A model generated the notes under the pieces. It ran no database searches, was not told the DNA's origin, and was given only the letters and a program-made list of their open reading frames with translations. A DNA stretch of 30,856 nucleotides. Origin: a virus. Taxonomy: Duplodnaviria > Caudoviricetes. The position numbers and the translations under genes were made by a program. This document shows positions 7,971 to 15,458 of this stretch, piece after piece; position 1 is the stretch's first letter; each line of letters begins with the position of its first letter. The stretch is from the IMG/VR virus record IMGVR_UViG_3300031647_000036, positions 1 to 30,856 of that record. One strand, given 5' to 3'.

Positions 7971-8403
7971 AAAAATTCACAAACTTGAAAAGTCTATTGT
8001 AGAAATTTTAAATATTGACGGATGGGATTTAAAACATACCGGTGAGGGTTCTACTAAATGGGATGCTGCAGGCTTTACCCCTGAAAAAAACGGTAAACGT
8101 TCAAAATGTGTTATTGAAATGAAATTCAGAAACAAATACTATGAAGAAAAAATGCTTGAAAAGGACAAATACGATTCTTTAATGGCCCTAGATAAAGATG
8201 TAATAAAACTTTATTTTGTTGCAGATACAAAAGGTAATTTTATGTATTGGTTAAACGATTTAAAACTGCCTGAGACAGTAAAAAAATATTGCCCTGATAC
8301 AACTATGTGGACCAAAAAAAGATTACTAAAAGATGTTTATTTATTAACTGAAAATATGGCCTGCATTATTAATCTAAATTTAAAAGATGAAAAAATTAAA
8401 TGA
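7960..8403 (+). CDS. PD-(D/E)XK nuclease-like protein
   Basis: ATG at 7960 preferred over TTG at 7954; E...WDA...VIEMKFR motif. Confidence 0.65.
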   Translation: MSVKKIHKLEKSIVEILNIDGWDLKHTGEGSTKWDAAGFTPEKNGKRSKCVIEMKFRNKYYEEKMLEKDKYDSLMALDKDVIKLYFVADTKGNFMYWLNDLKLPETVKKYCPDTTMWTKKRLLKDVYLLTENMACIINLNLKDEKIK

Positions 8404-8411
8404 AAAGAATT

Positions 8412-8501
8412 AAAATAGTTACTAAATAATTTGTTTATAAGTATTATTAATTGTATATTGCAGCTGTAAGCAAATAAGCATACGATTAAAAAACATACAA
8501 A
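8412..8501 (+). promoter_or_regulatory. Host-type promoter P3 cassette
   Basis: TTTG 8430-8433, N20, TATATTGC 8454-8461; homologous to 14067-14156 and 13465-13513. Confidence 0.75.
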
Positions 8502-8819
8502 ATGAAAAATTTAGAGACATTTATGAATACGATGAAACACAAAGATAGCTTAACGGTTAAGTATTTACTTGGTGATGTGTTAGGTAAATATCATTGTTAT
8601 ACTATACAGAAGTACAATGCAGAAGATGGAAACAGTAATTTCTGTATTACTAAAAAAGGCAGTTACGATTCTTACAATGTTGCATCAATTAGCAGGGGGG
8701 GCTTAAATTTATACACCTTTGATATTTTTGACAATAAATTAACGGTTAGAATTAAGTTGAAAGACTTAGAATTAATAGCTGTAAGCATAGGGGAAAATAC
8801 AACGGAAAAAACTATATAA
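8502..8819 (+). CDS. Hypothetical early protein
   Basis: 105 aa flanked by its own promoter and terminator. Confidence 0.75.
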   Translation: MKNLETFMNTMKHKDSLTVKYLLGDVLGKYHCYTIQKYNAEDGNSNFCITKKGSYDSYNVASISRGGLNLYTFDIFDNKLTVRIKLKDLELIAVSIGENTTEKTI

Positions 8820-8827
8820 TATTAACC

Positions 8828-8847
8828 GGGAGGAAAACTCCTTTTTT
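8828..8847 (+). terminator. Short intrinsic terminator
   Basis: GGGAG-GAAAA-CTCCT followed by a T-tract. Confidence 0.6.
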
Positions 8848-8860
8848 AATTCAGAACAAA

Positions 8861-8959
8861 ATGAAAAATGATAACGCAATTATGTGGGCTGACGGTACAA
8901 TTACCTTTGAAACTGCAACCGGAGAAATAATAACAACTACATACGGAGAAAATAATTAA
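8861..8959 (+). CDS. 32-aa hypothetical peptide (not in ORF track)
   Basis: MKNDNAIMWADGTITFETATGEIITTTYGENN; CAGAACAAAATG leader. Confidence 0.5.
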   Translation: MKNDNAIMWADGTITFETATGEIITTTYGENN

Positions 8960-8982
8960 TATTAATTTAAAAACAGAAACAG

Positions 8983-9165
8983 ATGAACGGATTTACAAAG
9001 TACAAGCAGAATTTAAGAATAGAAGGAAATAAAATTTGGAGTTATGCAACGCACGTTGCGACTATAGAAGGCGACAAATTAATGCAATTAGGTTATTGGT
9101 CTATGACTACTCAAAAGCATATTAATTACGCTGCAGCTGAGTTAGGTTTAAATCTAATAAAATAA
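8983..9165 (+). CDS. Hypothetical phage protein
   Basis: 60 aa; SYATHVA...WSMTTQKHIN is a pattern seen in small phage early proteins. Confidence 0.75.
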   Translation: MNGFTKYKQNLRIEGNKIWSYATHVATIEGDKLMQLGYWSMTTQKHINYAAAELGLNLIK

Positions 9166-9344
9166 TGAGAGGCAATTATAATATGCGGATTTCTGAAATG
9201 AAAACCGGCGGCTTAAAAATTAGAATTGAAAACTTAAAAACAGAAAAGGTTTCAAAGTTTGAAGTAAGTAAAAAAGCAATATTAAATGGAAAATTATTTT
9301 TTTGGAAATTTAGTTTTGCTATAAATAAAACCCTAGCCAAATGA
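9165..9344 (+). CDS. 59-aa basic hypothetical protein (not in ORF track)
   Basis: MRGNYNMRISEMKTGGLKIRIENLKTEKVSKFEVSKK...; TAATG and ATGA coupling. Confidence 0.6.
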   Translation: MRGNYNMRISEMKTGGLKIRIENLKTEKVSKFEVSKKAILNGKLFFWKFSFAINKTLAK

Positions 9345-9490
9345 AAATAAATGAAGCGTTATGGTCCGAACTACGAAAGCGAATAGAAAAGCATATTGAA
9401 GACGATGAAAATATTACAGACGTAACTATCAAATGCAAAGTCCAAGAGTCAGAGCAAAAGAATTATTTACAAATCAATTTAACCTTTTAA
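9341..9490 (+). CDS. 49-aa hypothetical protein (not in ORF track)
   Basis: MKINEALWSELRKRIEKHIEDDENITDVTIKCKVQESEQKNYLQINLTF; ATGA overlap. Confidence 0.65.
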   Translation: MKINEALWSELRKRIEKHIEDDENITDVTIKCKVQESEQKNYLQINLTF

Positions 9491-9503
9491 AAACAGATAC
9501 ATT

Positions 9504-10061
9504 ATGAAATTAGCCAAAGAAATACGTAAGACTTTAAAAACCAAATTTGTAAACCTTTTTGAGAAATCAAATAATGATACAGTACTAGCCGGTTATGTAG
9601 AATTTAAATCTGAATATTCAAAAGAAGAACACAAGGAACCTGTTGTTTCTTTAAATTATGTTTTATGGCTAGAAGACCAACTTAAAAAAAGAATGAAAAG
9701 GACGGATGAATTTAGTACAAACCTAGAAAGTCTTTCTGAAGAATATAATCAATTAGATGAAGGCTACAGTTCTTTGTCTCATTTTTATGAAGAAAAGAAG
9801 ACTGAATGTTTAGCACTTCAAGACAGATTAGCGAACGTTTACGATGAAAACAGAACTACTTATATTGCAGATACGGATTCAATTCATTGTATTGATGGTG
9901 AATTTGTAGCTGAACATTCAGACGGAAACATCCTTGTTTGGGATTGTGATAGCTTAATGCGAGACTTACCGTACATTGTGAGACAAGTTGCTGCAGAAGT
10001 TAAAAACACCTCTAAAATGAACCTTAAAATACTTCAGGAATCTTTAAATGATATAACATAA
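9504..10061 (+). CDS. Hypothetical protein with central coiled coil
   Basis: 185 aa, coupled to the exonuclease gene. Confidence 0.8.
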   Translation: MKLAKEIRKTLKTKFVNLFEKSNNDTVLAGYVEFKSEYSKEEHKEPVVSLNYVLWLEDQLKKRMKRTDEFSTNLESLSEEYNQLDEGYSSLSHFYEEKKTECLALQDRLANVYDENRTTYIADTDSIHCIDGEFVAEHSDGNILVWDCDSLMRDLPYIVRQVAAEVKNTSKMNLKILQESLNDIT

Positions 10062-10774
10062 TGATATTATTAGTCGATGCAGATAGTTTAATCTTTGCTA
10101 GTTGTTATAAAAAAAGAGAGACCCCGGAAGACGGAAAATATTATACAGAACTTTCAGACTGTAGAAATAAATTTCGAAGACAATATATGGAAATTGTAAA
10201 CCATTTAGAAAACATTTACAATATTGATAAGGTGATTACTTTTAGCGGTTCGTTAGGTAACTTTAGAAAATTAATAACCCCGGTATATAAAGCAAATAGA
10301 AGCGCGGAAGAAAGACCTCCTTTTTTACAGGAAATGCACCAATTTGTAAAGGAAGAATACGATAGTGTTTTCGGTTACGGAATTGAAACTGACGATATGG
10401 TTGCAAGATATTGGAAAAAACTTTCTACAGAGTTCGGGAGAAATGAAGTAATGATTGTCTCAATAGATAAAGACTATAAACAATTCCCTTGTTTAATGTA
10501 TAATTACCATTATAAACACAAAGAGGTTTTGGACATTTCAGAAGATGAGGCGCTTTACAATTTCTATGAACAAATGATTGCAGGCGATACTGCAGACAAT
10601 GTAAATTATTTTAAAGGTAAAGGTAAAAAATTTGCTGAGAAATATTTTCAAGATTGTCATTCTAAATATTCTTACACTAAAAAACTGTATCAATTATTTA
10701 AAGAAAAATACAAATCAAAAGCAAAAGAAAAATATTCTGAATGCTATAATTTATTAAAACTAAGAACAGATTAA
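10061..10774 (+). CDS. 5'-3' exonuclease (FEN/PIN fold, T7 gp6-like)
   Basis: LLVDADS, NFRK...YKANR, ETDD, SIDKD, GDTADN...GKGKKFA (H3TH). Confidence 0.92.
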   Translation: MILLVDADSLIFASCYKKRETPEDGKYYTELSDCRNKFRRQYMEIVNHLENIYNIDKVITFSGSLGNFRKLITPVYKANRSAEERPPFLQEMHQFVKEEYDSVFGYGIETDDMVARYWKKLSTEFGRNEVMIVSIDKDYKQFPCLMYNYHYKHKEVLDISEDEALYNFYEQMIAGDTADNVNYFKGKGKKFAEKYFQDCHSKYSYTKKLYQLFKEKYKSKAKEKYSECYNLLKLRTD

Positions 10775-10775
10775 T

Positions 10776-11327
10776 ATGAGAAACTTAAACCCTGCAGAAA
10801 TTGCAGAAAAATTAATAAAGGCTTCAGGTATAAATATATTTGAAAATACTAGAAAAAGAGATTATGTAGAAGTAAGGGCTTTAACTTGCTTTTTAATGAG
10901 GGAAAAATTAAATATGAGATTATGTTCTATTGCAAAATTCTTTCAAGATAACGGCAAGCCAATGGACCACGCAACGGTGATCTATGCGGTAAAAAATTAC
11001 CCGTATTATAAAAAAGCAAACCAAACATTGGAAAAATTAGAGTTAAGTTTTCGTTGGGAAGAAGGTTTGAACTTTGAAGAAATGGATAGAATAGAATTTC
11101 TAGAAAGTAAATTAACAACACTACAAAACAAATACGACAAACTAATAGGCAATTTAGATAATCCTCTTATAAAAGCGGTACACGATATTACAGACAGGAA
11201 ACAAATTTGGGAAATGGCAGACCAAATCGTTCTAATGAAAAAAGCGTGGAAATGGAAGTCTAAAGAATTTGTAGATAAATGCGAAGTTATAGAGGCCGGA
11301 GAAGGGATAAGTGGTTCGAGATTTTAA
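10776..11327 (+). CDS. DnaA domain-IV-like helix-turn-helix protein with coiled coil
   Basis: TRKRDYVEVR...FLMRE...SIAKFF...DHATVIYA resembles the DnaA C-terminal signature R.R...R...DHTTV.HA. Confidence 0.7.
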   Translation: MRNLNPAEIAEKLIKASGINIFENTRKRDYVEVRALTCFLMREKLNMRLCSIAKFFQDNGKPMDHATVIYAVKNYPYYKKANQTLEKLELSFRWEEGLNFEEMDRIEFLESKLTTLQNKYDKLIGNLDNPLIKAVHDITDRKQIWEMADQIVLMKKAWKWKSKEFVDKCEVIEAGEGISGSRF

Positions 11328-11350
11328 AACTAATAAAAAAATACGTTATA
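11325..11350 (+). promoter_or_regulatory. Putative late promoter L1 (YAAA-N15-CGTTATA)
   Basis: TAAA at 11325, CGTTAT at 11344. Confidence 0.55.
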
Positions 11351-11799
11351 TGATTATAGAAGTCAAAGTTTCAGACATTTACGAGAATCCGGAAAACCCT
11401 AGGACTTTAAATAAAAAAAGATTTGAAGCACTTAAAAAAAGTATTAAAGAGTTTCCGGAAATGCTCAAGATCAGGCCCATTGTAATTAGTGAGGAAAATA
11501 TTATATTAGGTGGGAATATGAGGTTTAAGGCCGTTGTGGAATTAGGATATAAAACCATACCGGTTTTGTCTGCTGTTGGCTTAAATGATGCTCAAATCAA
11601 GGAATTTGTTATAAAAGACAATGAACACTTCGGTGAGTGGGATTGGGACGTATTAGCAAATGATTGGGATCGTAAAGATTTGGAAGATTGGGGCCTTCAG
11701 GGATTTCCATTTGAAGGTGATCTAGAAGAAGAAAAAATAAAAGAAGTTGAAGAAAATAAAGAAACCTGCGATAAATGCGGACAGATTTTAAAAATATAA
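11350..11799 (+). CDS. ParB/Sulfiredoxin-like N-terminal domain protein
   Basis: NPENPR...LKKSI...RPIVI...ILGGNMR...IKDN...GEWD; ATG at 11350 preferred. Confidence 0.85.
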   Translation: MIIEVKVSDIYENPENPRTLNKKRFEALKKSIKEFPEMLKIRPIVISEENIILGGNMRFKAVVELGYKTIPVLSAVGLNDAQIKEFVIKDNEHFGEWDWDVLANDWDRKDLEDWGLQGFPFEGDLEEEKIKEVEENKETCDKCGQILKI

Positions 11800-11803
11800 A
11801 AAT

Positions 11804-11896
11804 ATGGGTATTATAGTTTTTTTGGTAGGTTTTTTGGTTGTAAAAATTGCAGCTGAAACAATAGAATATTACAGTAATAAAAAAAATAACTTATGA
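11804..11896 (+). CDS. 30-aa single-TM peptide (not in ORF track)
   Basis: MGIIVFLVGFLVVKIAAETIEYYSNKKNNL. Confidence 0.45.
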   Translation: MGIIVFLVGFLVVKIAAETIEYYSNKKNNL

Positions 11897-11952
11897 CAGC
11901 AATTTATTTTTTCATAATTTGGTTTGGTTTATATTTAATTTCTAGGGATTAA
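11893..11952 (+). CDS. 19-aa hydrophobic peptide (not in ORF track)
   Basis: MTAIYFFIIWFGLYLISRD; ATGA overlap with the previous ORF. Confidence 0.3.
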   Translation: MTAIYFFIIWFGLYLISRD

Positions 11953-11966
11953 TTTAAAATAAAATA

Positions 11967-12329
11967 ATGAACGAAAGTAGACACATAAAAAAGGAATCAC
12001 TATTAGCAGCACTCGAAAAATCTTTGGGTGTTGTTACCGTTGCGTGCAGGCAAACAGACACGCCAAGAAGCACGTATTATAAATGGCTTAAAGAAGATGT
12101 TGAATTTGCCGATCAAGTTAAAGACATAGAGAATGTAGCTTTAGATTTTGCAGAGTCACAATTACATAAACAAATACTTGCAGATTCTACAGCGGCAACA
12201 ATATTCTATTTAAAAACTAAAGGTAAAAAAAGGGGTTACATTGAGAGGCAGGAAATTACAGGAGCAGACGGAATGCCGACTAACTTTTTAATTGAAATAA
12301 TTGATAAGACCGAAGATTCAAACCAATAA
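11967..12329 (+). CDS. terS: Terminase small subunit
   Basis: N-terminal HTH (GVVTVAC...RSTYYKW), ATIFYLKTKGKKRGY; directly upstream of terL. Confidence 0.75.
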   Translation: MNESRHIKKESLLAALEKSLGVVTVACRQTDTPRSTYYKWLKEDVEFADQVKDIENVALDFAESQLHKQILADSTAATIFYLKTKGKKRGYIERQEITGADGMPTNFLIEIIDKTEDSNQ

Positions 12330-13464
12330 GGTTTTCAAACATTTAGATAATTCTTCAGCAAAAATTGTTGTTGAGCAGGGCGGAACAAGGTCCGGAAAAA
12401 CCTACAATATTTTATTGTGGATAATTTTTAAATACTGTTCTTTAAATAAAAATAAAGTAGTAACAATTTGTAGAAAATCTTTTCCTAGTTTACGTGCTAC
12501 AGTAATGAGGGATTTTATAACAATACTTCAAGAGTATAATTGTTACTCAGAAATAGCGCATAATAAATCAAATTCAGAATATAGCTTATTTGGCAATTTA
12601 GTTGAATTTATATCTTTGGATCAACCGCAGAAAATTAGGGGCCGGAAAAGGGATTTACTGTTTGTTAATGAAGGTAATGAATTGTATTATGAAGATATGC
12701 AACAATTATTATTCAGAACTCAGGACCGGATAATATTAGACTTTAATCCATCAGATGAGTTTCATTGGATTTATGATAAATTAATCACTAGAGATGACTG
12801 TGACTTTTTTAAAACTACTTACCTAGACAATCCATTTATAGAAGAATCTATAATAAAAGAGATTGAACTCTTAAAAGATACAGATGAGCAGTATTGGCAA
12901 ATTTATGGTTTAGGTGAGAGATCAGCAAGTAGAAGCACAATTTTTCAATATGTAGAAGTAAATGTTATTCCGGATGAGGCTTATTTACTTTCTTATGGAA
13001 TGGATTTTGGGTACTCTAATGATCCGACTTCACTCGTTTCAATTTATATTTGGGGCAATAATATGTATGTAAAAGAACACCTTTACAGAACGCAAATGAC
13101 TACCAATGATATTGCATCATTTTTAAGAAATGAAAAACTAGAATCAAATCCAATTTATGCAGATTCCGCAGAACCTCGTTTAATTGCAGAACTTCGCAGA
13201 ATGGGTTTTAATATTTTCCCAAGCACAAAAGGAAAAGATAGTATTAATGCAGGAATTGATTTATTGAAAAGATATAAATTACACGTATTAAAAGATTCTA
13301 CAAATGCAATTATGGAATTTAGAAATTACAAATGGAAAGAAGATAAAAGCGGAATGCTTCTAAATATTCCGGAAGACAAAAACAATCATATAATCGATCC
13401 CTGTCGTTATGCTGCATATTCTATTTTAAGCAAGCCAAACTTTGGAAAATACGCATTACATTAA
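12301..13464 (+). CDS. terL: Terminase large subunit (PBSX family)
   Basis: Walker A GGTRSGKT, FVNE, DFNP, nuclease GMDFG..NDP, ADSAEP, NHIIDPCRY. Confidence 0.95.
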   Translation: MIRPKIQTNKVFKHLDNSSAKIVVEQGGTRSGKTYNILLWIIFKYCSLNKNKVVTICRKSFPSLRATVMRDFITILQEYNCYSEIAHNKSNSEYSLFGNLVEFISLDQPQKIRGRKRDLLFVNEGNELYYEDMQQLLFRTQDRIILDFNPSDEFHWIYDKLITRDDCDFFKTTYLDNPFIEESIIKEIELLKDTDEQYWQIYGLGERSASRSTIFQYVEVNVIPDEAYLLSYGMDFGYSNDPTSLVSIYIWGNNMYVKEHLYRTQMTTNDIASFLRNEKLESNPIYADSAEPRLIAELRRMGFNIFPSTKGKDSINAGIDLLKRYKLHVLKDSTNAIMEFRNYKWKEDKSGMLLNIPEDKNNHIIDPCRYAAYSILSKPNFGKYALH

Positions 13465-13513
13465 AAATAGTTATCAATATATTTGTGTATAACTAATAAA
13501 AGCATTACATTTG
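13465..13513 (+). promoter_or_regulatory. Host-type promoter P4
   Basis: TTTG 13482-13485, N20, perfect TACATTTG 13506-13513. Confidence 0.75.
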
Positions 13514-13535
13514 TGAAGAACATAAAACAGATCAA

Positions 13536-13673
13536 ATGAAAAATACAATTAAATGCGAGGTATGCGAATGGGAAAACCACGAAGATAATTTTTGCTGCGA
13601 AGGCGAAGATTGCGGAATACCTTTGGACCTAAAAATAGAAATTAATTCTTTCGGGCTACCGGAAATAAAATAA
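13536..13673 (+). CDS. 45-aa zinc-ribbon protein (not in ORF track)
   Basis: MKNTIKCEVCEWENHEDNFCCEGEDCGIPL...; directly after P4. Confidence 0.7.
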   Translation: MKNTIKCEVCEWENHEDNFCCEGEDCGIPLDLKIEINSFGLPEIK

Positions 13674-13688
13674 ATAAAAACAGACATT

Positions 13689-13946
13689 ATGAGTAACGAA
13701 AAAACAACAGTAGAATTACTAAAAGAAAACGGGATTTATTTAACTTATAAATTGACCCATTTAAAAAATGGCTATTTAAACATTTACGAGATTGAAGCAA
13801 AAATTTGTGGTATTTCTGAATGTCGAGAAGATTCTTTATTTATTACAACTATTTCCTGCAGGCCTTTAACCAATAATGAAGAAACTTTAATGGATGAATT
13901 TGCATTGGATTTAATGGATGAATATTTAAGACCGGAGGAAAACTAA
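13689..13946 (+). CDS. Hypothetical acidic protein
   Basis: 85 aa with AAAAACAGACATTATG leader. Confidence 0.7.
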   Translation: MSNEKTTVELLKENGIYLTYKLTHLKNGYLNIYEIEAKICGISECREDSLFITTISCRPLTNNEETLMDEFALDLMDEYLRPEEN

Positions 13947-13958
13947 TAAAATTAATTT

Positions 13959-14050
13959 AAGTAGGTGTAGCTGACTGATAATACTGTCGCAGGTTTAAGG
14001 TATGGCTGCATCACTTTTTATAAGGGTACATATTACTCACGTAATCTTAA
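13959..14050. other. Intergenic structured element (long stem plus second hairpin)
   Basis: AAGT-a-GGTGTAGCTG (13959-13973) pairs with TGGCTGCATC-ACTT (14003-14016); ATTAC-tcac-GTAAT at 14032-14045. Confidence 0.45.
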
Positions 14051-14066
14051 CGAAGGTAAATAAATA

Positions 14067-14156
14067 AAAAATAGTTATCAAATAATTTGTTTATAACGTT
14101 TATTTTCACTATATTGAAATTGTTAGCAAATAAGCTATCACTTAAAAACAGACAAA
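14067..14156 (+). promoter_or_regulatory. Host-type promoter P5 cassette
   Basis: TTTG 14086-14089, N20, TATATTGA 14110-14117; homologous to P3. Confidence 0.7.
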
Positions 14157-14465
14157 ATGAGAACCAAGACAGCGGTAAAACTTTTCAAAGTAAATTCAGA
14201 ATATATTATTAGTATAACGAGCGATCATTTAGATGGGTACAGGGCAACTGAAGAAGATATAAAAAAAGTTAAAGGTTTAGGCTTAACGGATTTTTTTGAA
14301 CTTTATGACGATGACGATATGAAGTATTATTCAGGTTATGCAAACTTAGATTTAATGGCTGAAAAAGATTTAGATGAATTTGACATTTTAAACATTGGAA
14401 TGTCGCACGCCGGATGCACCTATATGAAAACTAGAAGTAAGAACGGGAAAATGGAAATGGTATAA
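14157..14465 (+). CDS. Hypothetical acidic early protein
   Basis: 102 aa; FELYDDDDMKYYSG...AGCT motif. Confidence 0.75.
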   Translation: MRTKTAVKLFKVNSEYIISITSDHLDGYRATEEDIKKVKGLGLTDFFELYDDDDMKYYSGYANLDLMAEKDLDEFDILNIGMSHAGCTYMKTRSKNGKMEMV

Positions 14466-14494
14466 TATAAACTTTTAACTTAAAATATAAAAAT

Positions 14495-14620
14495 ATGGAA
14501 TGGTATGACGATTTAAATCCGGTAGACGAAAAAGAAAACGAATGCGGAATGTGTGGAAAAGCAATTGAGGACGATAAAGATTTTTGTTCAGCCGATTGTT
14601 TTAGAGAAGATAATAGGTAG
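14495..14620 (+). CDS. 41-aa FCS-type zinc-finger protein (not in ORF track)
   Basis: CGMCGKAIEDDKDFCSADC; followed by a terminator. Confidence 0.7.
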   Translation: MEWYDDLNPVDEKENECGMCGKAIEDDKDFCSADCFREDNR

Positions 14621-14647
14621 GTATAAAATTGGGTTACTTACTTATAC

Positions 14648-14678
14648 AGGAGGGTCAGAAATGGCCTTCCTTTTTTTT
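14648..14678 (+). terminator. Intrinsic terminator closing the accessory island
   Basis: AGGAGGGTCA-GAAA-TGGCCTTCCT followed by a T-tract. Confidence 0.85.
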
Positions 14679-14693
14679 GTACCTTTACTTTTA

Positions 14694-14719
14694 TAAAAAA
14701 CAAAATTAAATACGTTATA
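14694..14719 (+). promoter_or_regulatory. Putative late promoter L2
   Basis: TAAA at 14694, CGTTATA at 14713. Confidence 0.65.
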
Positions 14720-14724
14720 TTATT

Positions 14725-15372
14725 ATGATAAAGGTAAAAATTCCAACATCACTAAGCGAGATTACTTTAAGACAGTATAAACACTTTCTTAAAATTTCTG
14801 AAGACGTTAAGAGCGATAACTTTATGAATGCTAAAATGGTCGAGATTTTTTGTTCTCTTAAATTAGCAGAGGTAATGAAATTAGAAGTCAATGCTGTAGA
14901 TGAAATTGTAGAAATGATTTCAAAACTATTTGAACAAAAACCTGCTTTAGTTACTAGATTTGAATTAAACGGGACCGATTACGGCTTCCATACAGGGCTA
15001 GATAATATGAGTCTAGGGGAATATATAGATTTAGATAATAATATCGGTGATTGGCCTAATATTGAGCGAGCAATGAATGTTTTATATAGACCGGTAGTTT
15101 CAACGTTGAAAGAAAAATATAGTATATCAGAATACGAAGTAGGAAACGAAGCAGATATTTTAGATATGCCAATGGATGCGGTTTTATCTTCAGTTTTTTT
15201 TTTGTGGAATTTAGGGATGGAATTATCGCAAGTTATGATGAACTCTTTGGAGGTGGAGGAAACGGAAGCCTTGACGAAATATCTCAATTCTCAGGAAAAT
15301 GGGGGTGGTATCAATCAGTTTACAGTCTCGCTGACGGCCTTATTACAAGATTTGAATTTGTCACTAAATTAG
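14725..15372 (+). CDS. Probable tail assembly chaperone (gpG-like, 0-frame product)
   Basis: Acidic 215 aa; T10 slippery run at 15194-15203 leads into an overlapping -1 ORF. Confidence 0.65.
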   Translation: MIKVKIPTSLSEITLRQYKHFLKISEDVKSDNFMNAKMVEIFCSLKLAEVMKLEVNAVDEIVEMISKLFEQKPALVTRFELNGTDYGFHTGLDNMSLGEYIDLDNNIGDWPNIERAMNVLYRPVVSTLKEKYSISEYEVGNEADILDMPMDAVLSSVFFLWNLGMELSQVMMNSLEVEETEALTKYLNSQENGGGINQFTVSLTALLQDLNLSLN

Positions 15373-15458
15373 GGATACACGAATGCTTGCAGATGCTTAC
15401 TTTCAAAAAAGAAAAGGCAGAGATTGAAAACAAACAAATGAAAAAAAAGTTTAACTAA
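15201..15458 (+). CDS. -1 frameshift extension of the tail assembly chaperone (gpGT-like)
   Basis: The -1-frame ORF begins at the T-run, has no ATG start there, and ends immediately before the next gene's ATG (15459). Confidence 0.65.
   Translation, partial: FVEFRDGIIASYDELFGGGGNGSLDEISQFSGKWGWYQSVYSLADGLITRFEFVTKLGIHECLQMLTFKKEKAEIENKQMKKKFN

Noticed and set aside
11350-11799. ParB as evidence for a plasmid-prophage partition system
   Set aside because: Only the ParB/Srx N-terminal domain is present, there is no ParA, and such genes commonly sit beside terminases.
13959-14050. tRNA or hammerhead ribozyme
   Set aside because: No cloverleaf or TTCGA loop; CTGATAA lacks the CUGAnGA/GAAA core.
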